Source of the DNA: an uncultured bacterium
GTDB taxonomy: Bacteria > Hydrothermota > Hydrothermia > LBFQ01
Assembly: GCA_964426895.1 (NCBI GenBank)
Contig: CAYRSH010000004.1
Span: forward strand, 1 to 47,760
Reading direction: 5' to 3'
DNA: 47,760 nucleotides
The notes below the pieces were generated by a model. It was not told where the DNA came from. It saw only the letters and a list, made by a program, of their open reading frames with translations, and ran no database searches. This document shows positions 6,329-14,543 of the stretch, in pieces (the first letter of the stretch is position 1; each line of letters starts with the position of its first letter). The position numbers and the translations under genes are program-made.

Positions 6329-8395
6329 TTGAAGGAAAAGGGTATAGTAGTACTGGCTTCCGGCAACGGCTCAAATTTTGAGGCAATAGTTAAAAGGGCA
6401 AGGATAAGCAAGTTTCCCATAAAGGTTTTGGCATTGATAACGGATAATCCCGAATCTTATGCGATAGAGAGGGCTAAGAGGTTGGGAATACCTTACAAGG
6501 TCATATCCGATACGGGTGAAGAACTCATAAATACCATAAAGTCCTTTGGCAGAGTTGATGCGGTTGTAATGGCGGGCTTTATGAAAATATTGCCCCCGGA
6601 AACCATAAACGAATTTAAGGGGAAAATACTAAACATTCACCCATCCTTATTGCCATCTTTTAAGGGGACAAAGGCTATACAAAGGGCTTGGAGTAGTGGG
6701 GTTAAGTTTTCCGGGGTGACCGTTCATATAGCAACCGAGGAGGTAGATAGCGGTCCAATACTCGCCCAAAAGGCTATACCCTTGTTTAATGAAGAATCCC
6801 TTGAAAGTTTTGAAAGTAGGGTTCATTCGGTTGAACATGCCTTGTACTTTGATGCCATAGTTGAATTCTTGTTTAACGAGAGGGTTCCGTACGCTTTGAT
6901 AACCGCATACGAGAAAAAACCCGAACTTTTAGAATTTGCAAAGTTTTTAACGGATAAAGGCTATACCATAATATCCACAACGGGAACAGCGAGGTTTCTT
7001 AACGATAACGGGGTTTTGGCCTTTGAAGTATCTTCAATAACGGGTTTTCCCGAGATATTTGGGGGAAGGGTAAAAACCCTAAACCCCTACATCTTCGGTG
7101 GTATTTTGTACCGTAGGGATGGCGAGGAGGGGATAGCCAGACAGTTAAACATACCGAGAATTGATATAGTTTTGGTTCAATTGTATCCCTTTATGGAAGT
7201 GGCTCAAAAAACAAACGACCTTGAAGAGATTTTAGAAATGATAGACATAGGTGGTGTTGGACTTATAAGGGCGGCCGCCAAAAACTTTAAGGATGTTGTT
7301 GTGATAACCGATTTGAACGACATAAAGAGGGTTATGGAGGAGATGGAAAACGGCGAGGTTCCTTATGAACTCAGGGCTTCACTGGCTGTTAAGGCCTTTG
7401 CCACCACATCAAAATACGACATAAACATATACGAGACCTTGGCATCAATGCTTGATAGGGTAAATATGCACAAAAACATATTTATCCATGTATCCGAACC
7501 AAAACCTTTAAGGTATGGGGAAAATCCCCACCAGCAGGCGTGGATAAAAACGAACCCCAATTCCTTTTTATCATCCGTTGAACAAATCTCGGGTAAGGAA
7601 CTATCATATAACAACATATTGGATACCTTTTCCGCCTTTTCTTGTGTCTCGGAATTTGAAGGGTATGCCTGCGTTATAGTTAAGCATATGTCCCCGTGTG
7701 CGGGTGCGGAAGGGGAATCGCCAATAGAGGTTTATCAAAAAACCTTAAAAGGTGATATGATGGCCGCCTTTGGGGGTATAGTGGCCTTTAACTTTGCCGT
7801 TGAGGAGGATTTGGCGGAGATGTTGGGGGAACACTTCTTTGAAGTGATAATAGCCACCGATTACTCTTCAAAGGCAATTGAGATATTATCCAAAAGGAAA
7901 AACTTACGGATATTGCGAATAGACCCATTTAAATATCAGGTTCCCCATATAAACCTTTTAATGCTCGGAAAAGATATACTTATACAGACCAACGATTACT
8001 CACCACCTTATGAGAATTTTGATTACAAGGTGGGCAATTTTGATGAGAATGAAATTCCGGATATATTGTTCGGTCTAAAAATGGTGAAATGGGCAAAGTC
8101 AAACGCGGCGGTTGTGGTTAAGGATAAAACCCTATTCGGTGTGGGTAGTGGCCTTGTGGATAGGGTTACCGCGGTGAAGGTGGCCCTTGAAAAGGCTGGG
8201 GAAAACGCAAAGGGTGGGTTTTTGGTTTCAGATGGATTTTTCCCATTTCCCGATTCGGTGGAATTAGCCCATGAGTTTGGTATAAAGGTGGTCGTTGAAC
8301 CCGGAGGTTCAATAAGGGATGAATTGGTTATGAAAAGGGCAAAGGAATTGGGTATAAAACTCGTTTTTACGGGCAAAAGGCTTTTCAGACACTGA
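6329..8395 (+). CDS. purH: Fusion protein: GAR formyltransferase (PurN) + AICAR formyltransferase/IMP cyclohydrolase (PurH)
   Basis: - Residues 1 to ~183 carry PurN motifs: VLASGNGSN, LNIHPSLLPSFKG, VHIATEEVDSGPI.
- From ~186 it is a full PurH: ALITAYEK, STTGTA, GRVKTLNP.I.GGIL, VKHMSPCA, ending GGSIRDE...VFTGKRLFRH.
- It is one uninterrupted frame. Confidence 0.9.
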   Translation: MKEKGIVVLASGNGSNFEAIVKRARISKFPIKVLALITDNPESYAIERAKRLGIPYKVISDTGEELINTIKSFGRVDAVVMAGFMKILPPETINEFKGKILNIHPSLLPSFKGTKAIQRAWSSGVKFSGVTVHIATEEVDSGPILAQKAIPLFNEESLESFESRVHSVEHALYFDAIVEFLFNERVPYALITAYEKKPELLEFAKFLTDKGYTIISTTGTARFLNDNGVLAFEVSSITGFPEIFGGRVKTLNPYIFGGILYRRDGEEGIARQLNIPRIDIVLVQLYPFMEVAQKTNDLEEILEMIDIGGVGLIRAAAKNFKDVVVITDLNDIKRVMEEMENGEVPYELRASLAVKAFATTSKYDINIYETLASMLDRVNMHKNIFIHVSEPKPLRYGENPHQQAWIKTNPNSFLSSVEQISGKELSYNNILDTFSAFSCVSEFEGYACVIVKHMSPCAGAEGESPIEVYQKTLKGDMMAAFGGIVAFNFAVEEDLAEMLGEHFFEVIIATDYSSKAIEILSKRKNLRILRIDPFKYQVPHINLLMLGKDILIQTNDYSPPYENFDYKVGNFDENEIPDILFGLKMVKWAKSNAAVVVKDKTLFGVGSGLVDRVTAVKVALEKAGENAKGGFLVSDGFFPFPDSVELAHEFGIKVVVEPGGSIRDELVMKRAKELGIKLVFTGKRLFRH

Positions 8396-9416
8396 GTTCT
8401 TTAAATACATTAAACCAAAACCCTTTAACATTCTCCTCCCAATTACACCTTTCCATAACAATTTTTTTGTTGCTTACCCTCGCCCTCTTCCACCAATCCC
8501 AATTAAACCGGTTTATAAATCCCTTAAACATCTCATCCGCATTTGGCTTTGTTAATATCCCGTTATCATCCACCCATTCCCTGTTGGCGGGAATGTCCGA
8601 AACCAATGGGACGCTTCCCAAAGCCATACATTCCAAAAGAGATACCGAAGTTGCATCCCTTGAAGGTATTGATATGCAAAAATGGGAGTTTTGTAAAACC
8701 TCAACATATTTTTCGTATGGAACCTTCCCGAGATATTCAAAATTTATTTTCATATCCTTTGCAAACCTTATAACCTCTTCCCTCAAAGAACCGTCGTTTA
8801 GATATAAGATTTTAACCTTAAACCTTTCCGAAAGTTTTTTTATAAATCTCAAAATTTCAAAGTGATTAAACAGTTTTTCAATCCTACGGGTTGACACAAA
8901 GGTTAAAACATCCGTAGGTAAATCCTTTAAGGGTTTTTCCCTGATTTCCCTTTCAACTCCAAAGGGAATAACATATATTTTTTCGGACAAAATCCCAAAA
9001 TCTTTTACAAGAATATCCCTTACAACTAAGGCATCGCATACTATAATGTTGAATTTTTTTAAAATGTTTTGGGCCAATTTTTTATGTAAGGGGGATTTGT
9101 AAGGCCATGCCATTATATCCGAACCCCAAAGGGCCAAGATTTTAAAACCTTTAAAAAAAGACGATATAAAACCGTAATTGGGTAAAAAGTGGGAGAACAG
9201 GATATGGGGTTTAAACCTTTCTATATATCCCGCAACCTTTGGCATTCCAAAAATATACTTAAACTTTCCCAAAGGTAAGTTTAAACTTTCCGCAAGGTCG
9301 GGATTTAAAGGTTTTTCAAATGTTAATATCCTTACATCATTCCCGAGGTCTTCCAAAATTTTAGCCCATTTGTATGGGTGGGATACGGACGCATCCGCAA
9401 GGATTAGGATTCTCAT
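8385..9416 (-). CDS. Glycosyltransferase, GT4-like (GT-B fold)
   Basis: MRILILAD start and C-terminal sugar-donor region SLLECMALGSVPLVSDIPANREWV. Confidence 0.8.
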   Translation of the reverse strand: MRILILADASVSHPYKWAKILEDLGNDVRILTFEKPLNPDLAESLNLPLGKFKYIFGMPKVAGYIERFKPHILFSHFLPNYGFISSFFKGFKILALWGSDIMAWPYKSPLHKKLAQNILKKFNIIVCDALVVRDILVKDFGILSEKIYVIPFGVEREIREKPLKDLPTDVLTFVSTRRIEKLFNHFEILRFIKKLSERFKVKILYLNDGSLREEVIRFAKDMKINFEYLGKVPYEKYVEVLQNSHFCISIPSRDATSVSLLECMALGSVPLVSDIPANREWVDDNGILTKPNADEMFKGFINRFNWDWWKRARVSNKKIVMERCNWEENVKGFWFNVFKELSV

Positions 9417-9700
9417 TACGCTTCAAGCATACCCTTTTCATCAATGAAAACTACCACTTTGGTTATGATTATTTCTTCGGAATCCTCGGTGTTAACGGAA
9501 ACGGTTTTAACATCCAATGGTATATCCTCACCTTTGTTTATTTTACCTTCTAAAAACCCCCTTAAAGCCCTTTCCCCGTTCTCAATGGCGTCAATAACCG
9601 TAAAACCCCTTGCTCTAATTCCCTTTATTGCCGGAAAGTATATTTCATAATCCCCATCCTCCAAAAGCCTTATTACCGCCGTAAACTTAAACATCATCAT
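9416..9700 (-). CDS. HicB-like / UPF0150 family small protein
   Basis: FTAVIRLLEDGDYEIYFPAIKGIRARGFTVIDAIENGERAL fits the HicB N-terminal fold pattern. There is no DNA-binding tail and no HicA nearby. Confidence 0.6.
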   Translation of the reverse strand: MMMFKFTAVIRLLEDGDYEIYFPAIKGIRARGFTVIDAIENGERALRGFLEGKINKGEDIPLDVKTVSVNTEDSEEIIITKVVVFIDEKGMLEA

Positions 9701-10188
9701 TGCCCTTCTATTACATAAAAGGCATATAAAATACCTAAAACTATCAAACTCGTAATACCTATTTCAAAATACGGGGGTGTTAATGTGCTTATATCCGGCG
9801 AAATTCCCGGAACCCTTACATCGTTCGTTCTGTTGAAAGGTACCCTATCCGAGTATTTCCCATACCTATACGCCACCTTTCCATCGCAGGATTTTACTAT
9901 CATTTTAACCTCCGCTTCCCTTCTGTAATTTATCCAAGAAAAACTATAAGACACACGGCTTGAAATGATGTTTATACGGGTTGTGCATTCCGGTGATGTG
10001 TTTGCGTATTTCAACAATATATAGTTTTCCAATTGGGGATTCCTTATACCGGAAAACTCTATATAACCATTAAACCTACACTCAAAGGTGCACGCGGAAT
10101 CAAAAGCGTAATACAACACTTCAAGGTCGTTGGGTAAGGAGATTACCAGTAGAGTTATTCCCAATCCCCTTGGCCTTCCTCGTCCCAA
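9697..10188 (-). CDS. Hypothetical Cys-containing protein with C-terminal transmembrane anchor
   Basis: ORF in operon context. The C-terminal hydrophobic helix is IGITSLIVLGILYAFYVI. An alternative TTG start at 10164 gives MGITLLVISL. No family was recognised. Confidence 0.5.
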   Translation of the reverse strand: MGRGRPRGLGITLLVISLPNDLEVLYYAFDSACTFECRFNGYIEFSGIRNPQLENYILLKYANTSPECTTRINIISSRVSYSFSWINYRREAEVKMIVKSCDGKVAYRYGKYSDRVPFNRTNDVRVPGISPDISTLTPPYFEIGITSLIVLGILYAFYVIEGQ

Positions 10189-10610
10189 TCTGCGGAATAT
10201 TCCCCTGCCTCTTCTAAAACATGGGCACTAACATATATAGGGGCATTTGTTAAAAGGGCAACCGCTATGGAATCCGATGGCCTTGCGTCAATGCTGTAGG
10301 TCCTATCATCCTTACTGAGGATTATCCTTGCGAAAAATGTGTTATCCATTAGGTCGTTTATTACAACCCTCTCAACCCTTGCCCCCAAGGATTCTATGAT
10401 ATTAACTATTAAATCGTGGGTTAAAGGCCTTTCAAACTTTTCACCATCTTTGGCCATTTGTATAGCGTTGGCCTCAAAACCCCCTATGTATATAGGTAAC
10501 AAACGGGAGCCATTTTTCTCTTTTAAAACTACCGCGAAAGCCTGAGGTATGCCTTCTGCGGTACTTATCATAACTACGGATTTAACCTCTAATTCAATAA
10601 GGTTTTTCAT
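10155..10610 (-). CDS. Bifunctional nuclease (BFN/DUF151) family protein
   Basis: LPIYIGGFEANAI, RPLTHDL, IDARPSDSIAVAL, and an acidic tail. Confidence 0.8.
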   Translation of the reverse strand: MKNLIELEVKSVVMISTAEGIPQAFAVVLKEKNGSRLLPIYIGGFEANAIQMAKDGEKFERPLTHDLIVNIIESLGARVERVVINDLMDNTFFARIILSKDDRTYSIDARPSDSIAVALLTNAPIYVSAHVLEEAGEYSADWDEEGQGDWE

Positions 10611-11059
10611 CTCTCGGGTTCTACGACCACTTTAACCGTTGCTACAACTTCGGGGTGGAGTTTTATGGGTACTTGAAATGTCCCAAATTCCGAAATGGGT
10701 TCCGTTTGAACCATATTCTTATCAACATCTATGCCCTTTTCCTTCAATTTATTTGCTATATCCGAAGGTGAGACCGAACCATAAGGTTTCCCCTCTTCGT
10801 TTGTTTTGAGTATGAATAGTAGTTTCTGTTTGGATATTTCGGAAGCCAACTTTTCCATCTTTTTCTTTTTCCTTTGTAGGGATAATTGCCTCATCTTTTG
10901 CATATTTTCGTGGGATTTCAGGACGGATTCCGTGGCTTCAACCGCGAAGCCCTTAGGTATTAGGTAATTTTTGGCATATCCCCATTTAACTTTAACGACA
11001 CTCCCCGCTTTTCCGAGTTTTGGCACATCTTTAACCAACAGTATGTTCATGTACTTCAT
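10607..11059 (-). CDS. rplI: 50S ribosomal protein L9
   Basis: [34 protein letters not shown]. The start may be the internal ATG at 11050. Confidence 0.95.
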   Translation of the reverse strand: MKYMNILLVKDVPKLGKAGSVVKVKWGYAKNYLIPKGFAVEATESVLKSHENMQKMRQLSLQRKKKKMEKLASEISKQKLLFILKTNEEGKPYGSVSPSDIANKLKEKGIDVDKNMVQTEPISEFGTFQVPIKLHPEVVATVKVVVEPER

Positions 11060-11250
11060 ACCACATACTCCCTTACGAAGGGTAATAACGCCATTATCCT
11101 CGCCCTCTTTATGGCTTTTGCGAGTCTCCTCTGCTCCTTCGCGGAGAGTTTTGTATATTTCCTTGGAAGGATTTTACCAGTAGGCGAAATATATTTGCTC
11201 AAAGTCTCCACATCCTTATAATCAAATGTCCTTCCCTTTTTCTTTCCCAT
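11056..11250 (-). CDS. rpsR: 30S ribosomal protein S18
   Basis: [42 protein letters not shown]. Confidence 0.95.
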   Translation of the reverse strand: MGKKKGRTFDYKDVETLSKYISPTGKILPRKYTKLSAKEQRRLAKAIKRARIMALLPFVREYVV

Positions 11251-11263
11251 GCTTCACCTCCTT

Positions 11264-11698
11264 TTAAAACGGTATATCCTCAGGGGGCAAACCCTCTTCT
11301 TCATCCAACTCGGAAGGCCCCTCTTCACTTTGTTGCTCCACCTTCCTTTCCAAAATCTGAACCCTATAAGCGTTTATGAAATAATCCTGATACCTCTTGC
11401 CTTCCGTCTCCCATTCCCTATACCTCAATTTCCCCTCAACCACAACGGGCACCCCCTTCAAAAGCCTTTTAAGCACTTCATCCATTCTAAGGCTGTCCCG
11501 CATGGAATACAAAACATTTATGAATAGGGTATCGTTTTCCCAAGTGTCACCCCTTTTGAAACTCTGATCCACCGCTATCCTCAGTTTTAAGAATTCTTTA
11601 CCATTACCTGAAACCCTCTTCTCCGCGTCCGCAACTAACCTCCCACTCAGTATAACAAAGTTTATATTGGGCATGCGCATAGACCTTTCCTCACCCAT
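11264..11698 (-). CDS. ssb: Single-stranded DNA-binding protein
   Basis: OB-fold start NINFVILSGRLVADAE and the canonical acidic tip EDIPF. The start is possibly internal (MPNINF). Confidence 0.9.
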   Translation of the reverse strand: MGEERSMRMPNINFVILSGRLVADAEKRVSGNGKEFLKLRIAVDQSFKRGDTWENDTLFINVLYSMRDSLRMDEVLKRLLKGVPVVVEGKLRYREWETEGKRYQDYFINAYRVQILERKVEQQSEEGPSELDEEEGLPPEDIPF

Positions 11699-11985
11699 CA
11701 GTCATCCCTCCTTACTATCATATGCCTTAAAAACGCCCTCATAAGCCTTATATGATTGTTTAAGTCGTAGGCGACATTCGGGGTGGATTTAAACCGTATG
11801 AAGTAATACCTTCCGTATTCTTGCTTTTTTATGGGATATGCCAACTTTCTGATACCCCAATCCTCCTCTTCCAAAATCTCCCCGCCGTTTTTCACAATAA
11901 AGTCCTTTACCTTTTCTATGGACCCAGCATGGGATTCTTCGTCCTGCTGGGGGCTTAGCAATAAAGCCACCTCGTATTCCCTCAT
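11698..11985 (-). CDS. rpsF: 30S ribosomal protein S6
   Basis: MREYEVALLLSP...WGIRKLAYPIKK..G.Y, heading the rpsF-ssb-rpsR-rplI order. Confidence 0.95.
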   Translation of the reverse strand: MREYEVALLLSPQQDEESHAGSIEKVKDFIVKNGGEILEEEDWGIRKLAYPIKKQEYGRYYFIRFKSTPNVAYDLNNHIRLMRAFLRHMIVRRDD

Positions 11986-11994
11986 AAACCCGGT

Positions 11995-12000
11995 ATTATA
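11995..12000 (-). promoter_or_regulatory. -10 box TATAAT, 9 nt before ATG 11985 (rpsF operon)
   Basis: Minus strand reads AGTATAATACCGGGTTTATG. It lies only 8 nt from the stop of the restriction enzyme gene. Confidence 0.5.
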
Positions 12001-12008
12001 CTGTTGTT

Positions 12009-12908
12009 TTATTTGTTTGTGGGATATTGAATAATTCTCGTTATCAAATTCAACATCTTAAAATTCAATATCCAATCCATTTCTTTCATACTCATTAAAA
12101 GGGATTCTTTCATATCTTGCCATCCGGGTCCATCGGTAACCCATAGGAAGTTTATCCCCTTATCCTTTGCTTTCCTGTTCATTTCAATATAACTTTCTGC
12201 TATAGAAATAGGCTTGCTTCCCCCTACATTGTAAAAGTTGGATTCAACTATAAGAATGGGGGTTTCACCCCTGTAAATTACAAAATCGTGCTTTTTGTTT
12301 TTATCTTCAAATAGTGAAAATTTGGGATCTTCCTCTATAATTTTGTATCCTTTACCCAAAAATTGCTTAATCTTTTCCCCACACATTTTTTGGAAAATTG
12401 CACCACTTCTATTTTTTCTGGCATTCGTATCCATGCCCACCTCAACCCCAAGGAGATAATCGTATAAATCCTTTATATTTTGAAATAATTCCAGAATTCC
12501 CGTTTTCTTACAAAATTCTACAATTTTGAGAATTGTTTCTTCATTCACCTTGTTTTTTTCAAATTCCAAGGTTATATAATCTTCTATTTCCGGGTCAAAT
12601 ATGTCAATCTTTTCATCATTCTTTTTCTTTTTATCATTAACCCTTTCGGCAACGATAAGAGGAATCACCTCAACCGTTTTGGGATATTTTTTCAATAATT
12701 CTATAAGATGTTTTTCCACTTCTTCCCCCGTCACTTTGGTTAAGGAGTTTAAGAGTTGGATTTCATATAAATATTTTTTTACATTTCCCTTCACCTTATC
12801 CCAATTTACAAAATATTCGTAAGTTTTGTTCGTTTTTAACAATGTTTCAAAAAAAGTTTTTGCATAGTTATCAAAACTTGAAAATCCTAACTCTCTAAAC
12901 CTTGCCAT
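12009..12908 (-). CDS. Type II restriction endonuclease, DpnII/MboI family (GATC-type predicted)
   Basis: Collinear blocks remembered from DpnII: VEVIPLIVAER, LLGVEVGMDTNARKNRSG, HDFVI, VESNFY..GGSK, FLWVTDGPGW. The gene is visibly more AT-rich than its neighbours. Confidence 0.8.
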   Translation of the reverse strand: MARFRELGFSSFDNYAKTFFETLLKTNKTYEYFVNWDKVKGNVKKYLYEIQLLNSLTKVTGEEVEKHLIELLKKYPKTVEVIPLIVAERVNDKKKKNDEKIDIFDPEIEDYITLEFEKNKVNEETILKIVEFCKKTGILELFQNIKDLYDYLLGVEVGMDTNARKNRSGAIFQKMCGEKIKQFLGKGYKIIEEDPKFSLFEDKNKKHDFVIYRGETPILIVESNFYNVGGSKPISIAESYIEMNRKAKDKGINFLWVTDGPGWQDMKESLLMSMKEMDWILNFKMLNLITRIIQYPTNK

Positions 12909-13863
12909 TTCCCCACCATTTTGTGCTTAACTTGTATTTCTTGTATTCCTTCTCGTTTTCGGGTTTTCTAAAAACAAAAATGTGTTCGTGGGTTATTAGA
13001 TAAAACTCGTATTCTTTTGCTCTCCATTTCTCTCTGGTAGTTTTCATATTCCACTGCAACTTTATTATGTCTTCTTTTAGTATAAATCCTATCTCTAAGA
13101 ATATTTGCATAACCATAAAGGATATAGGGATATAATGTTTGTGTTTCCTCGTATCGCCTATAAGAATGGCGCATATCTTGCCGGGTTTCAATACTCTAAA
13201 AGATTCCTCCGCAACTTTCCTCATTTCTTTAATGTATTCCCTAAAAGGTAATCGCGAAAGGTCATCGCTCTGCTTTTTGTTCTTGGTATAGGATATTATA
13301 TTGGCGTATGGGGGATGGGTTGCGATCAGATCTATACTTTCGTCTTGGATTTTATCAAGGTTTCTTGCATCGCCCCAATATGTCTTTATTATAGGTTCGT
13401 TATATTCTGAAAAAAGGGATTTATAACTAAAATCAAGCCGATTCCTCGCAACCATTACGGCATCAAGGTTTATATCTACCCCTATTGCATTCCTTCCCAG
13501 TAGTTTTGCCTCAATTAGCGTTGTTCCGCTGCCCATCATTTGGTCAAGTATCCAGTCTCCCGGCTGGGTGTATTTTAATATTAAATTCCTTGGAATGTAT
13601 GGAGACCAATTCCCCCTATAATTTCCCTTGTGTGTAGCCCAATTCCCGCGATCGGGAAAACTCCAAACGGTTGTGCGTTCAGGAATATAATCCGGTGGGG
13701 GCCCATAAGATTTGATTTTCCAACTTTTTTGGAGTTTTATCTTAACATTCTCAATTTCCACCGTATCATGCTTCTTTAAAAAATTTAAGTAATCCTCATG
13801 GGTTATTTCCTCCATACCCCTATATTTCTGGGTGTTTGTATTTAAAGCCCTATCCAATACCAC
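12895..13863 (-). CDS. Site-specific DNA methyltransferase (N6-A or N4-C), cognate of the adjacent endonuclease
   Basis: SAM motif ILDQMMGSGTTLIEAKLLGRNAIGVDIN, preceded by VWSFP...NWSPYIPRNL. Motif IV reads IATHPPY about 70 aa later, so motif I comes before IV. It overlaps the REase gene by 14 nt. Confidence 0.8.
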   Translation of the reverse strand: MVLDRALNTNTQKYRGMEEITHEDYLNFLKKHDTVEIENVKIKLQKSWKIKSYGPPPDYIPERTTVWSFPDRGNWATHKGNYRGNWSPYIPRNLILKYTQPGDWILDQMMGSGTTLIEAKLLGRNAIGVDINLDAVMVARNRLDFSYKSLFSEYNEPIIKTYWGDARNLDKIQDESIDLIATHPPYANIISYTKNKKQSDDLSRLPFREYIKEMRKVAEESFRVLKPGKICAILIGDTRKHKHYIPISFMVMQIFLEIGFILKEDIIKLQWNMKTTREKWRAKEYEFYLITHEHIFVFRKPENEKEYKKYKLSTKWWGNGKV

Positions 13864-13876
13864 TATTATAAACGCG

Positions 13877-13884
13877 ATTATAAT
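13877..13884. promoter_or_regulatory. Palindromic ATTATAAT giving a -10 box on both strands
   Basis: On the + strand, TATAAT 13879-13884 lies 5 nt before ATG 13890. On the - strand, TATAAT 13882-13877 lies 13 nt before GTG 13863. Confidence 0.4.
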
Positions 13885-13889
13885 TCCTA

Positions 13890-14543
13890 ATGTTTATGGT
13901 GCTTTTGGTATCTTTATCCGGATGGTCGGCGGGTGTTTTGATCGGGGAACCCGTTGGTGTTTCTTTAAAAGTTTATAGGGAAAAATTTTCCTTGGAAGCC
14001 CGTTCGGGAATGGGTGTGTATTTAAAGGATTATTTGGATTTTTATGCCCAGGGGTTGGGTTCTTGCAATTTCTACATGTTTGATAATCTGTTCTTTTATT
14101 CGGGTTTGGGTGCGGTTTTGGGGTATAAAAAAGGGGATTTGAACTATGGGTTTTATATACCCCTTGGTTTGGAGGGTATCGTGAGGGATTTCCCTTTGGG
14201 TGTATCCGTTGAGTTGGGGGTTAATATTATAAAACTTGAACCCCTGTTTTCTATAAACCTTTCACTAAAATGGCGGGATGTAAATGTTAAAAAGGTTGTT
14301 AAGGTGGAAACCCTTTATGTGTATAAAAGTGGTGGTTCGGAAAAACCTGCGGATAAACCTGTGGAAGTGAAAAAAGGCAATAGGGAAAAAGCCGAGTATT
14401 ACTACAAACTGGGTTTAAACGAGTATTCAAAGGGGAATTACGAAAAGGCTTTGGAGTATTTTGAGATGTCTTTGCGGGAGGATCCAACATTTGATAAGGC
14501 AAAAGATGCGTTAGAAAGGACAAAAAGGATGTTAAACAGGTAG
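13890..14543 (+). CDS. Hypothetical secreted protein: small beta-barrel-like domain plus C-terminal TPR-like helix pair
   Basis: Hydrophobic N-terminus MFMVLLVSLSGWSAG, G/Y/F-rich strands, and the C-terminal TPR-like repeat AEYYYKLGLNEYSKGNYEKALEYFEMSLREDP. Confidence 0.6.
   Translation: MFMVLLVSLSGWSAGVLIGEPVGVSLKVYREKFSLEARSGMGVYLKDYLDFYAQGLGSCNFYMFDNLFFYSGLGAVLGYKKGDLNYGFYIPLGLEGIVRDFPLGVSVELGVNIIKLEPLFSINLSLKWRDVNVKKVVKVETLYVYKSGGSEKPADKPVEVKKGNREKAEYYYKLGLNEYSKGNYEKALEYFEMSLREDPTFDKAKDALERTKRMLNR

Noticed and set aside
9416-9700. HicB-like protein as part of a HicAB toxin-antitoxin system.
   Set aside because: No HicA-like small ORF lies on either side. The protein lacks a DNA-binding C-terminal domain. 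It sits inside a long housekeeping operon.
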